A program made the position numbers and the translations under genes. The notes beneath the pieces were generated by a model that had not been told where the DNA came from, searched no databases, and saw nothing but the letters and a program-made list of their open reading frames with translations. DNA of 49,483 nt, counting the filler, from Dimargaris cristalligena (Eukaryota): NCBI GenBank assembly GCA_003614675.1. It is 2 parts of 2 records of this genome, joined end to end, with 100 filler letters (N's around TTAATTAATTAA, not from the genome) between each part and the next. Parts side by side here need not be neighbours in the genome. Positions count along the whole stretch, not along the records: positions 1 to 24,694 come from ML002578.1; positions 24,795 to 49,483 come from ML002579.1. The stretch is one strand, 5' to 3'. This document shows positions 12,824 through 25,000 of the stretch, piece after piece (position 1 is the first letter of the stretch; every line of letters begins with the position of its first letter).

Positions 12824-14093
12824 GTGTACCAGGGCCAGGTGTCTGCCACTTTGGGTCTCTCCTCACATTCCTATTATTATCCCTTTCTGTTTCTCCCACT
12901 TCTCCGTTTGTATTACCCCTCCTCCTCCTTCTATTACAACTCTCTCCACACAAACACTCGGGGGCGTTCCCTCCCATTCACTCTCCCTACCACTGTATGT
13001 TAGTGGCCACCTCTTCTCTCTACCCCTTTTCACCTTCTCATTCTCTCTCTCTCTCTCTCTCCTTTATTAGTAGTCTCCCACGCTTAATTATACCTTTAGG
13101 CCACTTGGCGCGCTTGTGCCGTTTCCAATTCTACCTCCGTTGGATTGCCTGGCGTATTAGCCTGGTCCTATATTCCGACTCCCCTCTAACTATCCGCGTT
13201 TCTCTGTCTACCGTCATATTCAATCATGTCCCCCCTAACCCCTTCTCCGTAGTTTACTTTGCTGGATCATCGTGTCCTGGTTTGATTTGGACTTGGTTGA
13301 TCAGCCATTCGCGTGAGGCGCGCTGGCTTTATTCCCCCGGCCCTCCTCACCGCATTATTCTCCCATTACTCAGTTGTTTCCCCCTCTGATGCTAATACTT
13401 CCCCGACTTGTCTACGATTTATCTCGACCAGATTTGGCTAATTGATGCTGTTTGCCCTTTGCCTTTCCACATACATACAAATATACATATCTCTCGGTTA
13501 CAACCGTTTATATAGCATACTCCTTTATCCCCCTATACATTTTTATTACACATATACTCCCTTGCCCTCTTCTACCACTCCATGCTCGTTCCTGGTAAAT
13601 TATTGTATACTCTGTATATCGTTAACCGTGTACCATTCCCCGATAACACAACCCCCATTAAATCATATCAACCGTAACCAATTCCTTACCTCCAGCTGGT
13701 GTTTCCTCAACGGACAAATAGCTAGTGTTCGAGCAAAGTATAGGTGTATTTTGGAATTGCTTAGTTAAACAAAGTTTAGTGTGATGCATTGTCAAACTAA
13801 AATAAATGGGCTTATGATGGTTGTGGAAAAATCAACCATTTATCTCGTGTACACTGAAGGATGACAGTATACACTAAGTCACGCTCCAATTGAGTTCCCC
13901 CCAAAGTGCCCATTCCGAATCAATGGGCCATATTGACCAGTTCCCTCATGCCTGCTTTTTTTTGCCCAGGCAATTCGCTCCATTACCTTTTTCCTAAATC
14001 CATTGATACCATTTATTACCTTTATTACTGGCCAATAAAACCCATTTCTTTGCTTTCCCCTCCTATTATCACTATATTACCCCACACACTGCC

Positions 14094-17066
14094 ATGTCCA
14101 ATGCCGAAGCCTACCTCGTCGGTCGCTTGCGGACTTTGAACTGTCCCCATGCTCACCTCATCAGCTGGTCCAGTTTCCTCGGTGAACCCGACGACCGCCA
14201 ACGCTGCGGCCCATTATCGTCTTCAGCCGTACTCATACTCCACTGGGTGGTCGAGCAGTAAGTAAGCGGTTTCCCAGCCTTGAAATGAGGGTAGGGGGGA
14301 GGGAGGTTCTCCCCTTTCCTCTCCCCGGGTTAAATGGGGCTGTTGGCGCTGTTGTTGTGTACCTGTGGATTTATATACATATATATACCTATTCTAATCA
14401 ATATACTTCGTAGAATTGGGTTGAGCTCCATATATTTATCATGCTATTAGGATATGGGATGAAATCGGAGACCCCCATGGCGGCTTAGCGAACTCGAATC
14501 GTGGAATCCATTCCAAAGCCAGTCCCACCGATCGATTAAAAGGTAAATTTTCCGGCTATGCTTTTTTCCCCCCAACCTGCTTTCCCCTGTCTGGGCAAAT
14601 ATAAAGAATCTTTATATCTGACAACGGGCAAATGTCACCCAAGCTGAACCATTATGTTAAAAGTAGGATCATACTTGACTTCTGTATTGAACTTTTATTA
14701 CAATGCTGCTGGGCTCGCTGATGGCCGGAATTATCATGAAGTATAGATGTTTTAGATGCTTTGCGCTACTTGGGTATTTGCAACCCTAGTGAAATCCAAA
14801 CCCTTCAGGTAAGGGTAATTTTATGCTCCTTTGGTCTATTCCAGTGGTTAAAATCGTGCATTACCCCCACCCCAGTATAGTTCAATGATGTAGCACACTC
14901 GAGGCCGGCATTTCAACATTTTGAGGCCTGTATAAAAAATAGATCGACTTTATTTGAATTTTTCATATATATATAACCACTAATACTGCTATCATTCAAT
15001 ACCACACTACAGGAATCTCACCCATTCGAAAATCGACTTGAAGTAGTTCACCATATTTTGGATTTCTTGGGCCCCGGCGTTTCCAATCCATCGAACGAGT
15101 CTTCGGGGGAGATCCTGCCCAATCCCGAATTCAATCCCGGCTCCTCTAGATTAGGTATGGGCCTGGAAGACCAAACCCACGTCCACGTCCAATTGTTGGA
15201 CACCCTAGCCGCGGGCCACCTAAATGGTCTATTCAGTACACAGCCAGGCCTCTTTAGTGGCGAATGGAGCCATATTGCCGAGCGACCAATTAAGTAAGTA
15301 GGCCAGACTCTATATTACTACACGATTTCTCGCAAGAGGCTGGCCTTATCAATAATCGTAATGTAGGTTAACTATCCATGGGTATATTAACTGGGTTAAA
15401 TGTCTATGTTTTACATTTTATTGATTACTAATCCGCAACTTTGTAAAATGATACCCATGATTTTATTTAATGGCCTATACTCACAGGTCAGCGGATACGA
15501 AGTCCACGGAGCTGACCCGAACAGCGGTATTGCAAACATATCAAGAGATGAAACATAGCCTTGGGCAGCTCGAAGCATTACTGAGAGAAGCAGAGGTATG
15601 TCGCCAAATTTTCCCGACATAATCAAGTCGCTAAGCCATCACATATCCATCCCATTCCATGCCAACGCACCTCGCATTGGATTCGTATCCCAGCTCCATA
15701 GGTGTTGAACGAGGTCATTTACGTTGACAGATTATTATTCTTATTCTTACCGCCGTTGTTGATTCTATGAAACACCATATTGGAATATATATATATATAT
15801 GTATATATATATATTCGCCATCTCAGGCTCAGCGTCCCCCGGTTATAGAAGAGGACCCGATTCAGCTTTACCGGGAATTGGCCGGCCTTCGCGGCCAGCT
15901 GAATATACTAGGCAAAGAATTCAGGCAAGTATTCGCCGCCGATTTTGAAACATGGGTTGCCAATTCCGCCGTTCAACTGGAAAACCAACGCAAAGTCATG
16001 CTTCCTGGTGAGTTCATTCACTCCCATTCTCTCTCTCTCTCTCTCGATTTTTATGTCACCCACCCATTCTTTTCTACATTATTTTGGTTTTTTGGGGGGG
16101 GGCGAAAATGCATCTTAACACTAACCCATTTAGTAAGCGCGGGAGGGGGGCACCTAACTTGAAACGCCGGACTCTACTCATCCTCTCACCTAATTATTAT
16201 TTTCTTATCCGGCCAAACTAACTTTGATTTATACTCTACATGGCCTTGGGTACATGCAATTTTTGCTGCACATTGGTTCGGCAGAACTGGGCCCCAATAT
16301 CCGTCTGTTAAACCAGCGGGTGGCGCAATTCCAAGCGGTAGGTGGATTATGTATTATAGTAATGGGGGGGGGTGTTACGGTATTATTAGAGGTATAAGGG
16401 GGGGGGAGAGGGTCGGTTCGGGCTAAAAATGGCCATATGATCTTCCACCACCTTTTACCTGCCGTTCGCATCGGAATACCGTCTCGCCGACTGCGTTCTC
16501 GTCGGAAATGAGGCACTTTCTTATATATTAGTTTATTTCAGTTGTCATAGGGCAGTAGCAGTATATGGCAACACTTGTGTATACTAATCAACGGTGTACA
16601 TAGTCTCCGACAGCGAATGCGGTAGCCTCAGCTTAGCAGGGTGGTGCTTACCTGAAATTTGGCCTGGTTTTTAATCGTGTGTGAGCCACCGAAAGGGCCT
16701 ACCTTCTGACTGAGCCATATCCTTTTACGCGTATATTGACGGCTACTGACCCTTTTGGAATTTATTCTTACGTTTATTTTCTTTTCTATTCTGGGCCAAC
16801 CCGCGCTAATGCCCCCCTCCCTCTGTTCGTCCATCGCCTCCAACCTCCTCTTCGTTTAGCTATTGCATCAATTGGGGACCATTCCGCTTAATATTCAGGC
16901 CATTAATAATCACGCGGTAGCAGCCCAACCAGATAGTGGTGGCGTATTACCCAACTCCACGGACGCAACTCCCTCCCACGGGAGGCTTAAGCAGGCCGGT
17001 GAGCAATTGCGCGGTACCATTGCCCAATTGCAGACCCAGCTCGCCACTTTAAACGAGGGTTCCTAA
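14094..17066 (+). CDS. HAUS7: Augmin subunit 7-like protein (HAUS7/AUG7), ~382 aa; exons 14094-14257, 14451-14542, 14747-14808, 15013-15293, 15487-15595, 15827-16007, 16285-16337, 16860-17066
   Basis: All eight exons join in phase with GT-AG introns. Co-linear blocks resemble remembered HAUS7/AUG7 sequences: RLRTLNCP, ILHWVVEQ, LRYLGICNPSEIQTLQ, ENRLEVVHHILDFL, LEDQTHVHVQLLDTLA, LFSTQPGLFS, FRQVFAADFETW, ELGPNIRLL. The gene is well supported; the identity is moderately supported. Confidence 0.7.
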
Positions 17067-20000
17067 TCATTGCCGCCGAGAAAGGTCTACGGAGACACCA
17101 TAATCATAAGAGAGAGTCAGGCTATTATGCTAAATCCGGTGATCAGTGCGAGCTCTGATGGGCATTGCAGTATCAACTGTTTTTATATATATAAAGGGAT
17201 TGTTTATTTACTCCCTCTCTCACGCTTACATATGAACCTCCCCCCTTTTTTTAGTTTTTCCGGGAAGGAGTGGGGCTGCCCCCCCCCCCGGGTTCCCAAG
17301 TCGGTCGTTAGCTAACTGATTTCCTGTTGATCACAAGACTGATAAATCTATCCGGTTATTCATGGGGCCCACTGCATTAATGACATAACATATATATAAT
17401 GAAATCGACTCATTTGATGGTATTGGGGTATTCATCGTAATACTGAGCGGACAAGGTAGGAGGATAGGCGCTGGTTTGAGATCCCCCTCTCCAATTTATC
17501 AGTTACACCTGCCTTCCACGGAGGCTTGTTGCCCCCGGACGCCACTTCGACTAGGGACCAGGCATGTATAGGCACTTTGAAGAACCAGTGGGCGGTTTAG
17601 TGTTACAGTGATTAGTGGTTGTGCGAATAGGGAAACACTGCGCACCCATTTTAGCACTGAATATAACCCGTTAGATCCGGCAGTTTTATCAATCAGTTAG
17701 TGTGACATCTGGTCCCTATTTTTTGAAGGAATATCTGATTCGGACCGGTCTACACGGTAGTTCGGGTGGTGTTCTCGGCTACAGTATTGGGGGAAATGGG
17801 GTGAGTTGGACAGATTCTAAGTTGCCCCGTAGTCTGACGAGACCCTCCCCCACCTCTTTCCCCTTTGGCGTTTCCTGTATCTAATGAATAGGTCGTGTCT
17901 GAAAACAGTTAACTACCAGTTGAAGTGTCCGTCTCTTCTAGACATGCACCCACCCGCCCTCTTCACCCGACTTCTTTTCATTCTTTGGTTTATTCCTGTA
18001 ACCCTGGGATCAGTTGACCTAGCCGACCGACATGGCCATAACAAAAAAGGAGGGACACGCCACCTGTAGAAGGAGAACTGGTGAATAAAATCCCATTTTT
18101 TATTTTAAAAATATTAATAGTAATCATTGTATTCATAGCTGTAGACGAATGTAGAGTCAGTCACACCTCCGCATCCTGTCGGATCCATACTGCCCGTAGA
18201 TCTTCCGCGGGTAGTTTAGTATAATAGAAGTCTCCCATTATCTGGGGCTACCCTCCTCCTTTCAAATATCCAACCCTCCCAATTCACAAGACTTCTGCTT
18301 CGCATGGAGTTGCATACCTTTCCCTCAGCCAACCACGACTGCAGTCCCTCCCCCTCCCCTTCGTCATCTCCGTCTTTCGAGCCCCGCGGTGCGTCGTTGC
18401 CATTCCATGGGAACCATGCCATCGTCACTCTCTGGGTCAATGGGTGCCGTAGGCAGAGACTTACCACCCTACTATATGACTCTTGATCTCATTTGTTGAA
18501 TTCACTTGTCCGGGTAAGATAAACTCAATTCAGCTCGCAAATCCTTGGCATATGCCTGTACTTGATCCCTATAGGTACGGGATGAAGTGCTCTGTTTTCC
18601 TGTTGCAATTACCCAAGATTATACCTATTTCTCCGGTCCATGATTACCGTGTCTATTTAAATAAAGACTGGATTATCCACAATAAATAAAATATATATGA
18701 TGATCGATTGGTGACCCTGTTTCTTTATTCTGTCAATTGGATTTATCCGCCGACAGCAGTTCATACTCACGGTCGATCCGGACTTTACCATTATATACAG
18801 TTGGCCCAAAGTAGGCATCCCAGCCGAGGTGACGGCCAAGTGATTAACCTGCGGAGAAGAATGTAATAGGAAATGATCATGCAAATGAAAATGAAAATGA
18901 GGATGGGTGCGGATCAATTGGTATAATTGTAACTGGAAAACTACCCCGAGATGGCCTTTTTTTACTCCCCCCCTCCCCTCCCCTCCCCTTGCCAAGCCTG
19001 ACTATTATTTAATAACCATACATTGGGACACAAGTTTTGGTAGATTTCCAAGGATTAGAGCTTTTCATAGTCGCCCACCGACCGCTTGAATAATAAATAC
19101 GCGAGGGTATAGTTGAAAGAAATAAGAGACTCCTAGACCCCTCGGAAACTTAGCTTTGCCATTCCTATTCAATGTACGTTTTCTTTTAAAAAAATAAATA
19201 TATAAATGTAGATCAGAGAGTAGGCGTCCTCCCCATGGCCCCGACAGCCTGTCTTGATATAGACGATTTGCCATGATATTCGGTCGGTACTTCTATATGG
19301 GAACCGCAAAGCCAAAGTAGTCTCCACCATGGAGATGGCTGCGATTGGCATTTTCCACGGGACGTTCAGTTTGGCACTGTTATCGGTCGGATGATGGGTC
19401 AGTCTGCATTATCAATTGAACATCAAGCGATCCGGCAACAGGGAATAACCCTCTCTCTCTCTCTCCCTTGATGCTAATCTAATCCACAGTGTCTTTCGTG
19501 TATCTTCCAGTAGCTCGACCTGCCAACCTATCAGTATGGCTTTGGGGCATTTGTATTGCAGATGTAGTATTTTCTGCTACGGCTGATGGCAATCATTTCG
19601 CGTTCCTAAAGCCATAGGAAGTTTATTCGTTTGAGTACATGGAAGCCCGAATTACCGCCCTGTATATCCCCCATTTTCTCCCTTCCGAGGACTTCTTCGT
19701 GATTGAAACTGAGATTTTGATCCCAACCTAATAAAATTCCCACAGTCATATCGATAAATTAGCCGTTCTAGAATATCCGATTTGTACGACCTAGCCCTTC
19801 CCCAACCACACCCACCAGCTAACACCTGGAAGTCGGGCTCCCAATCATCTGGCGAAAATCGGCCATTCTTTGATATAATCAATCGATTGCTGATTCTCCT
19901 CTATATAGCGGCCTATGGTTAATGTCATGCGTGAGTAATAGAGGGCAGCCGGATGAATTACAATGATCATTTGAGGCATCCCCTCCCTCTTTCCGACGGT

Positions 20001-21218
20001 TCGCTTCCACCGGCCGGTGTCACCCTAATTGATAAAGATGTCTAAGTAGCGAATGATAGCTGGTTTACTCTCCATCTCCCTCCAATTGCCCCCGAAATTT
20101 GCCCAGCAGGAATTATAACGGCAACATCCAAAAGGGTGGGATATCGCACAGCACTGTGGAGCATGGACGCTAGTCGAGTATGAAGGGATGCTACATGGAA
20201 TGGGGTATCCCTAGTTTACTTATTATAAATCAATATCATTCTCCATCGCTTATTGATTGTCGGGTCAAATCGGGGGTACCGCCCTCTCCTCATCCTCGGT
20301 CCATACCTTGATTGGCAGCAAATACAGTAAAAACGGGGGAGTACTCACTAGGCTAGGAAGTCTCAGCTGAGAGGGAGGTGGGGTGGTATCGTCGTTGGAC
20401 AAAAGCTCGCCATCGTGTATTTACCAAGTTCATTAATTTCGACTTACGTGGCCGACGGGAGGGCGGCCAATGGACACTCTGCAGCTGATCCATTTTTGGG
20501 TTATGGCCAGATAACAGCGGAATCCCCCCTCCTTCGTTTTCGTAGAGGGTAAAACTAATCCATCAATGTTGATGTGATTCACAAGCCAGCGCTGATTAAC
20601 CCAAGATTACTTTATCCTTTGCTCCCCCAGCGCAACTTTTGAACATCCCTAGCAATATCCGGACTATGTCAATGGGTACCGCTGTAAAGGGGGGGGGTGC
20701 GGTTGTAGATGTTGTTGGCCATTTCCAAAGATGGGTTAGCCGGAACACTCCAGTTACTACTACCAATGACCACATTGACGACGAGCGCCATTTCTCTATA
20801 TGTTCGGCTGCCTATTGTCAACAGGCTCTTACGAAGTTAACTGGCTATCAATTAGGGAAATGCCCTCACACACACTCACTCACACCTCGTCTATTAGCCG
20901 AGGGGAAATGGCAAATCTGGAATGGGATAATAGAGGTGTGGAAAAATGATCATACCTGATTAGTATCATCAGTATCATCAGTTGGGGCATGGTGTGATTC
21001 TGTCTCCCCGATTCTTCCAACCGTACCCTGGGAACCAGCGCGCGCCATGGGCACAGCAAAATCCACCACCATCTCCGTATATTCCCATCCACCACCTTAT
21101 ACATCGGCCTTCCATTTCTTACAACCCTCAACTTTCATTTAAGCCATTCAAACTCATAAGCATGGTGATGTAATAATGGCGGTATAGGATTAGGCAGCTG
21201 ACTGACCATGATGGATCA

Positions 21219-21250
21219 GGATAAGGATGAGGATGAGGATAAGGATAAGG
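21219..21250. repeat. Hexamer tandem repeat (GGATAA/GGATGA)
   Basis: ggataaggatgaggatgaggataaggataagg read directly. Confidence 0.8.
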
Positions 21251-24200
21251 TCCGGAAACCCGGTGGGGTGCCGTACAGTCCGTCCAGTGAATGCTAGCGT
21301 TGGGGCTACGCACGGATCCGGTCCATTCCGCCTGGTCCTTGTATAGCAGGCAACTGCTTATCTAACCACGAAGCATTTCATTTTATTGAACTTTACTAGG
21401 CGGTACGTAAATAATTCCTTAATTCGCCGACTCCAACCTGGCTTCGGGTGATAGGAGTTGCTGATATCGATGATCGAGGGCGATTTCGGCAATATTTGTC
21501 TGGAATACGGCTGCTCAGTGGTTGGTAGCCCAAGGCCGGAATGGGTAGAAAATATAGAAGAAGGGGAGGGGGGTTGTCATCGGGAATAAGCGGGTATCGT
21601 TATCCTAGCATGGGAAGACGAAGTAGTTGGCCAGCATAACATTGGGAATATCATCTCGAAGTGTAGGGAAGAGAGAAGAGGGAGGAGGGGTTCGATACTT
21701 TCCGAAACAATGGGCCTTTAATTGATGAAGTAACTCAGCCGAGAATCGGTGGATTGCGGAGGGGTATCGGGATGGTCTGCAGTACGTTCGAGCCGTGCCC
21801 CCCCCCCTCTCTCACACTCTCTCAAAATCAAAGAGAGCAAATAAAGACTTAGACCCAGTCCCCGCCCGAAAACCGACCTGTAGGTCAAACCCTTCCCACC
21901 ACCCATTCCCATTCCCATTCATGGCCACGGACCCGCACTTTGACCGAAAAGGAATTATCGTTCACGAACCCTCCATTTATCGAAATGGAGAAACAGATAA
22001 CGAACTAGACCCAATTAGCGCATGTACCATTTTCATTTTATTTTCTAGCCTGTAACGTTGGTATGGTTAATGTATTGGAAAGAGAGTGAAGGAGGGGGGG
22101 CGCACGTACAGAGGTAATACAACGGAGAAAGAGAGAGAGAGGGGGGGGGTTGAACAATGGGAACCCGAGTTTGGTGAGAGGAAAAGTGGGGAGGTGCAGC
22201 TGATGGTAGAGTAATTTACCTCGTCGCCATTCTTATTCCCTTCGGCTACGCACTTTCCCCATTGGAAAGTTTTGGGATACCTCGGACAGATTCCACTGAT
22301 GATGATGGTCACGATGGTATCTTTCCCTCACTGGCACTGGGGTGGCTTGCGGTGATGCACTGACCCCACCTTATCCACCACAATAACTTCATGTTTTCCT
22401 TCATTTCCGACTTTAAAATGAGGTACATACTGGTCATGAACAAGAGGGTCCACGGCTATTATCACCTTCAGTCACTGTCATTGGTGGTGTCTCCTAATGG
22501 CGTCGGTCGATCGGGCCGTCAGAGAGGGTGGAGGAGGGGTATATGAGTGGCTTTAACCTAGGCCCTATTCGTCTATATACAAGATATCATAGGTAGGTAT
22601 AGTATGAATAGATGGATTTGAACGACATCTCTGATGACATACACTGGTACCAAGATGAGCCTGATCATGCCATGCCCAGGTGACACGATGGTCTTCTGGG
22701 AGGAGAGGGTCCCTCATTTATGCAATGCTGATACACCCAAGCGAACCAATACAGTATCCTTCGGGAGGTAAGCGATTGAAGCGGGATCCCAAATAGGGGG
22801 ATTAAGGAGGAGGATAAGCATCCCAAAGATAGTATCGTGATTGAAGGGGTAGGATAAATCACCGTAATACAACCAGTTCCGTGGGCTGGTCACGGTCCTG
22901 GTTGGTTTTTATTATAAAGTATTTATTTACTTGAATCCTCAAAATATTGGGAGTGGGAATGAAAAGCACCTTCAAGGTTTATTGGGAGGAGAATAAGTTT
23001 ACATTTATGTATCACCTTTCCCTCCGCTCCTCCTTCTGTTCCTTTAAACCCCCGCCCGCAAATCCACTGGACGCGCCCTGTTCCCATCCCTTGGGGGGAG
23101 TCAGCCGGTGAGGACCGTCCTAGCCCTTTCTGCCAACCCATACCCATGCAGCCACATACACATATACATACCAACCAAGAGACTCCTTTGCCTGCCCGCG
23201 GGGAGTCTCGTGAACCGGACATGCCGACGGTAATTCGACTACCCAACTGGGTCTGGGCTGTCTAAATTTCCGATTCCACATACTGCTATGGGGTCCCCCG
23301 AAAATTAAAATAAGGAAGGTGTATCGCTGTTTAAACCAATGGACCAGATCAATCCACACATGCACACAATATACACACATACACCGACCACCATGCCGCT
23401 TAAGGTAGGTCGGTGGCCTGTGTTTCAATGGTATTCCTTCGAGTGGTGCAAGCCCATTGCAAAATTACATTAACCGTTTGCTAAACATGACTCCCCCCAC
23501 TGGAAGAAAAGATAGACTAGAATGCCGCCCACTTTTAAAGTGATGCGATGGATAAGGATAGGCAAAGTTCAATGACTAACCTTCGAGTCAACTTGTACAA
23601 GCCGGGTTTGCTTTCATGGTATGTGTATTCTTTATGGGTTAGAAGTATCGTAAATAAACACGTCCTCATCGACCTTGGGGTTTAGCAGCCCTATCTTATT
23701 GCATTATAAGGGATATGCCGGAATTTTATACTGGACAGTCGGTGGTACATGATGCCGAGATTCGCTGGTGGTGGTGGATTTAGGGGGCTTTTCCAACGGG
23801 GCGATGCTTGGCCATCCCGATCACATGAGGGGAATGGCGTACAATCTCGGTTTATAATATGCCCCATCTATATTTTTTGTAATCCCCTTGGTCAAACCGG
23901 CCCTCCGTTTTCCGGCCTAATTCACCCCAGCCGGGCGATAATTCATCTGACCAATGGTACGGCGGACCCGGGAAAAATCTTCAACCGAAAATATATCTAT
24001 ACCCCTAGATTTACGTGAGTGTACCGATAGTCTGACGGGGTATGGGGGGAATTAAGTCAATTTAGGGACACGTGGGCACCGAGCATCAAGGTAAAATGGA
24101 TTAGGAATGGCCTAACGAATTAGCCATTAATTGCTCTAAACCCGCTGACACGTCTCAGGCGATGCTAGGCTACCAGAAACGGATTGATTCTTTACAACAA

Positions 24201-24694
24201 TATACCTATATATTGTTATAAGCACATTTCAAATGGATCAAATCATAAGGGAATGCGGGAAGGGGGGAGAGAAACGCTAGGGAGTTTAATCAATAATGTG
24301 ACTATCCACCGGAAATGACTGATACCCTAAAAATTACCTGCAAAAGTTCACGGGGCTACACTTGCCTTGGCAGTGGTAGTGAGTTGCCGTTAATCACGGG
24401 ATATAAGTTGCGGTTGTTGGATCGCTTTTCCTTACCTTTCTGGATTACCCCCGCAAACTGGCGCCGTAATAGTCCGAAGTGTATTCCAAGAATGCCATGT
24501 GGGCAGAAGGGGAGATCTTAATCACCCCTCCCCATTAAATCACGGCCCAAGATCCCATTTTAGGGACCCTCCTCCGTCGAAAACTACCCGTCTCTTACCT
24601 AGATGATAATATATATATATATATATATAATTGGGAGGATATGGGTGAAATTCGGCCCAGCTATATAAGGGTTTACATTATACGTGTATGGGAA

Positions 24695-24794
24695 NNNNNN
24701 NNNNNNNNNNNNNNNNNNNNNNNNNNNNNNNNNNNNNNTTAATTAATTAANNNNNNNNNNNNNNNNNNNNNNNNNNNNNNNNNNNNNNNNNNNN
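24695..24794. other. Artificial contig-joining linker or assembly gap
   Basis: 44 N + TTAATTAATTAA (stop codons in all six frames) + 44 N, exactly 100 nt. Confidence 0.97.
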
Positions 24795-25000
24795 AATAGA
24801 AGGGAAAAAGAGAAAGCTATTTTTAACTGTACTTTGAACAGGGGCACAGTCGGGTCAGGGGCAGTGTGAATGCAGGGGTATCATCCGGTCAGGGGCAGGG
24901 GTGTATCACAGTCAAGGGTATAAAATATAATAATAGGAAAAATAATATAATAATGAAACTGGAGGAAAAATAACTATACTCATCAGGGGTGTACTTCCGA

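Noticed and set aside
12808-13768. Hydrophobic 193-aa and 108-aa ORFs after Rho
   Set aside because: They are translations of a CT-rich 3' UTR, with no domain signal and non-ATG starts.
16717-16726. ATATCCTTTT, matching the U12-type 5' splice site, and CCTTTTAC, resembling U5 loop I
   Set aside because: No TCCTTAAC branch point with an AC/AG end follows, the gene model is complete without it, and there is no U5 stem or Sm site.
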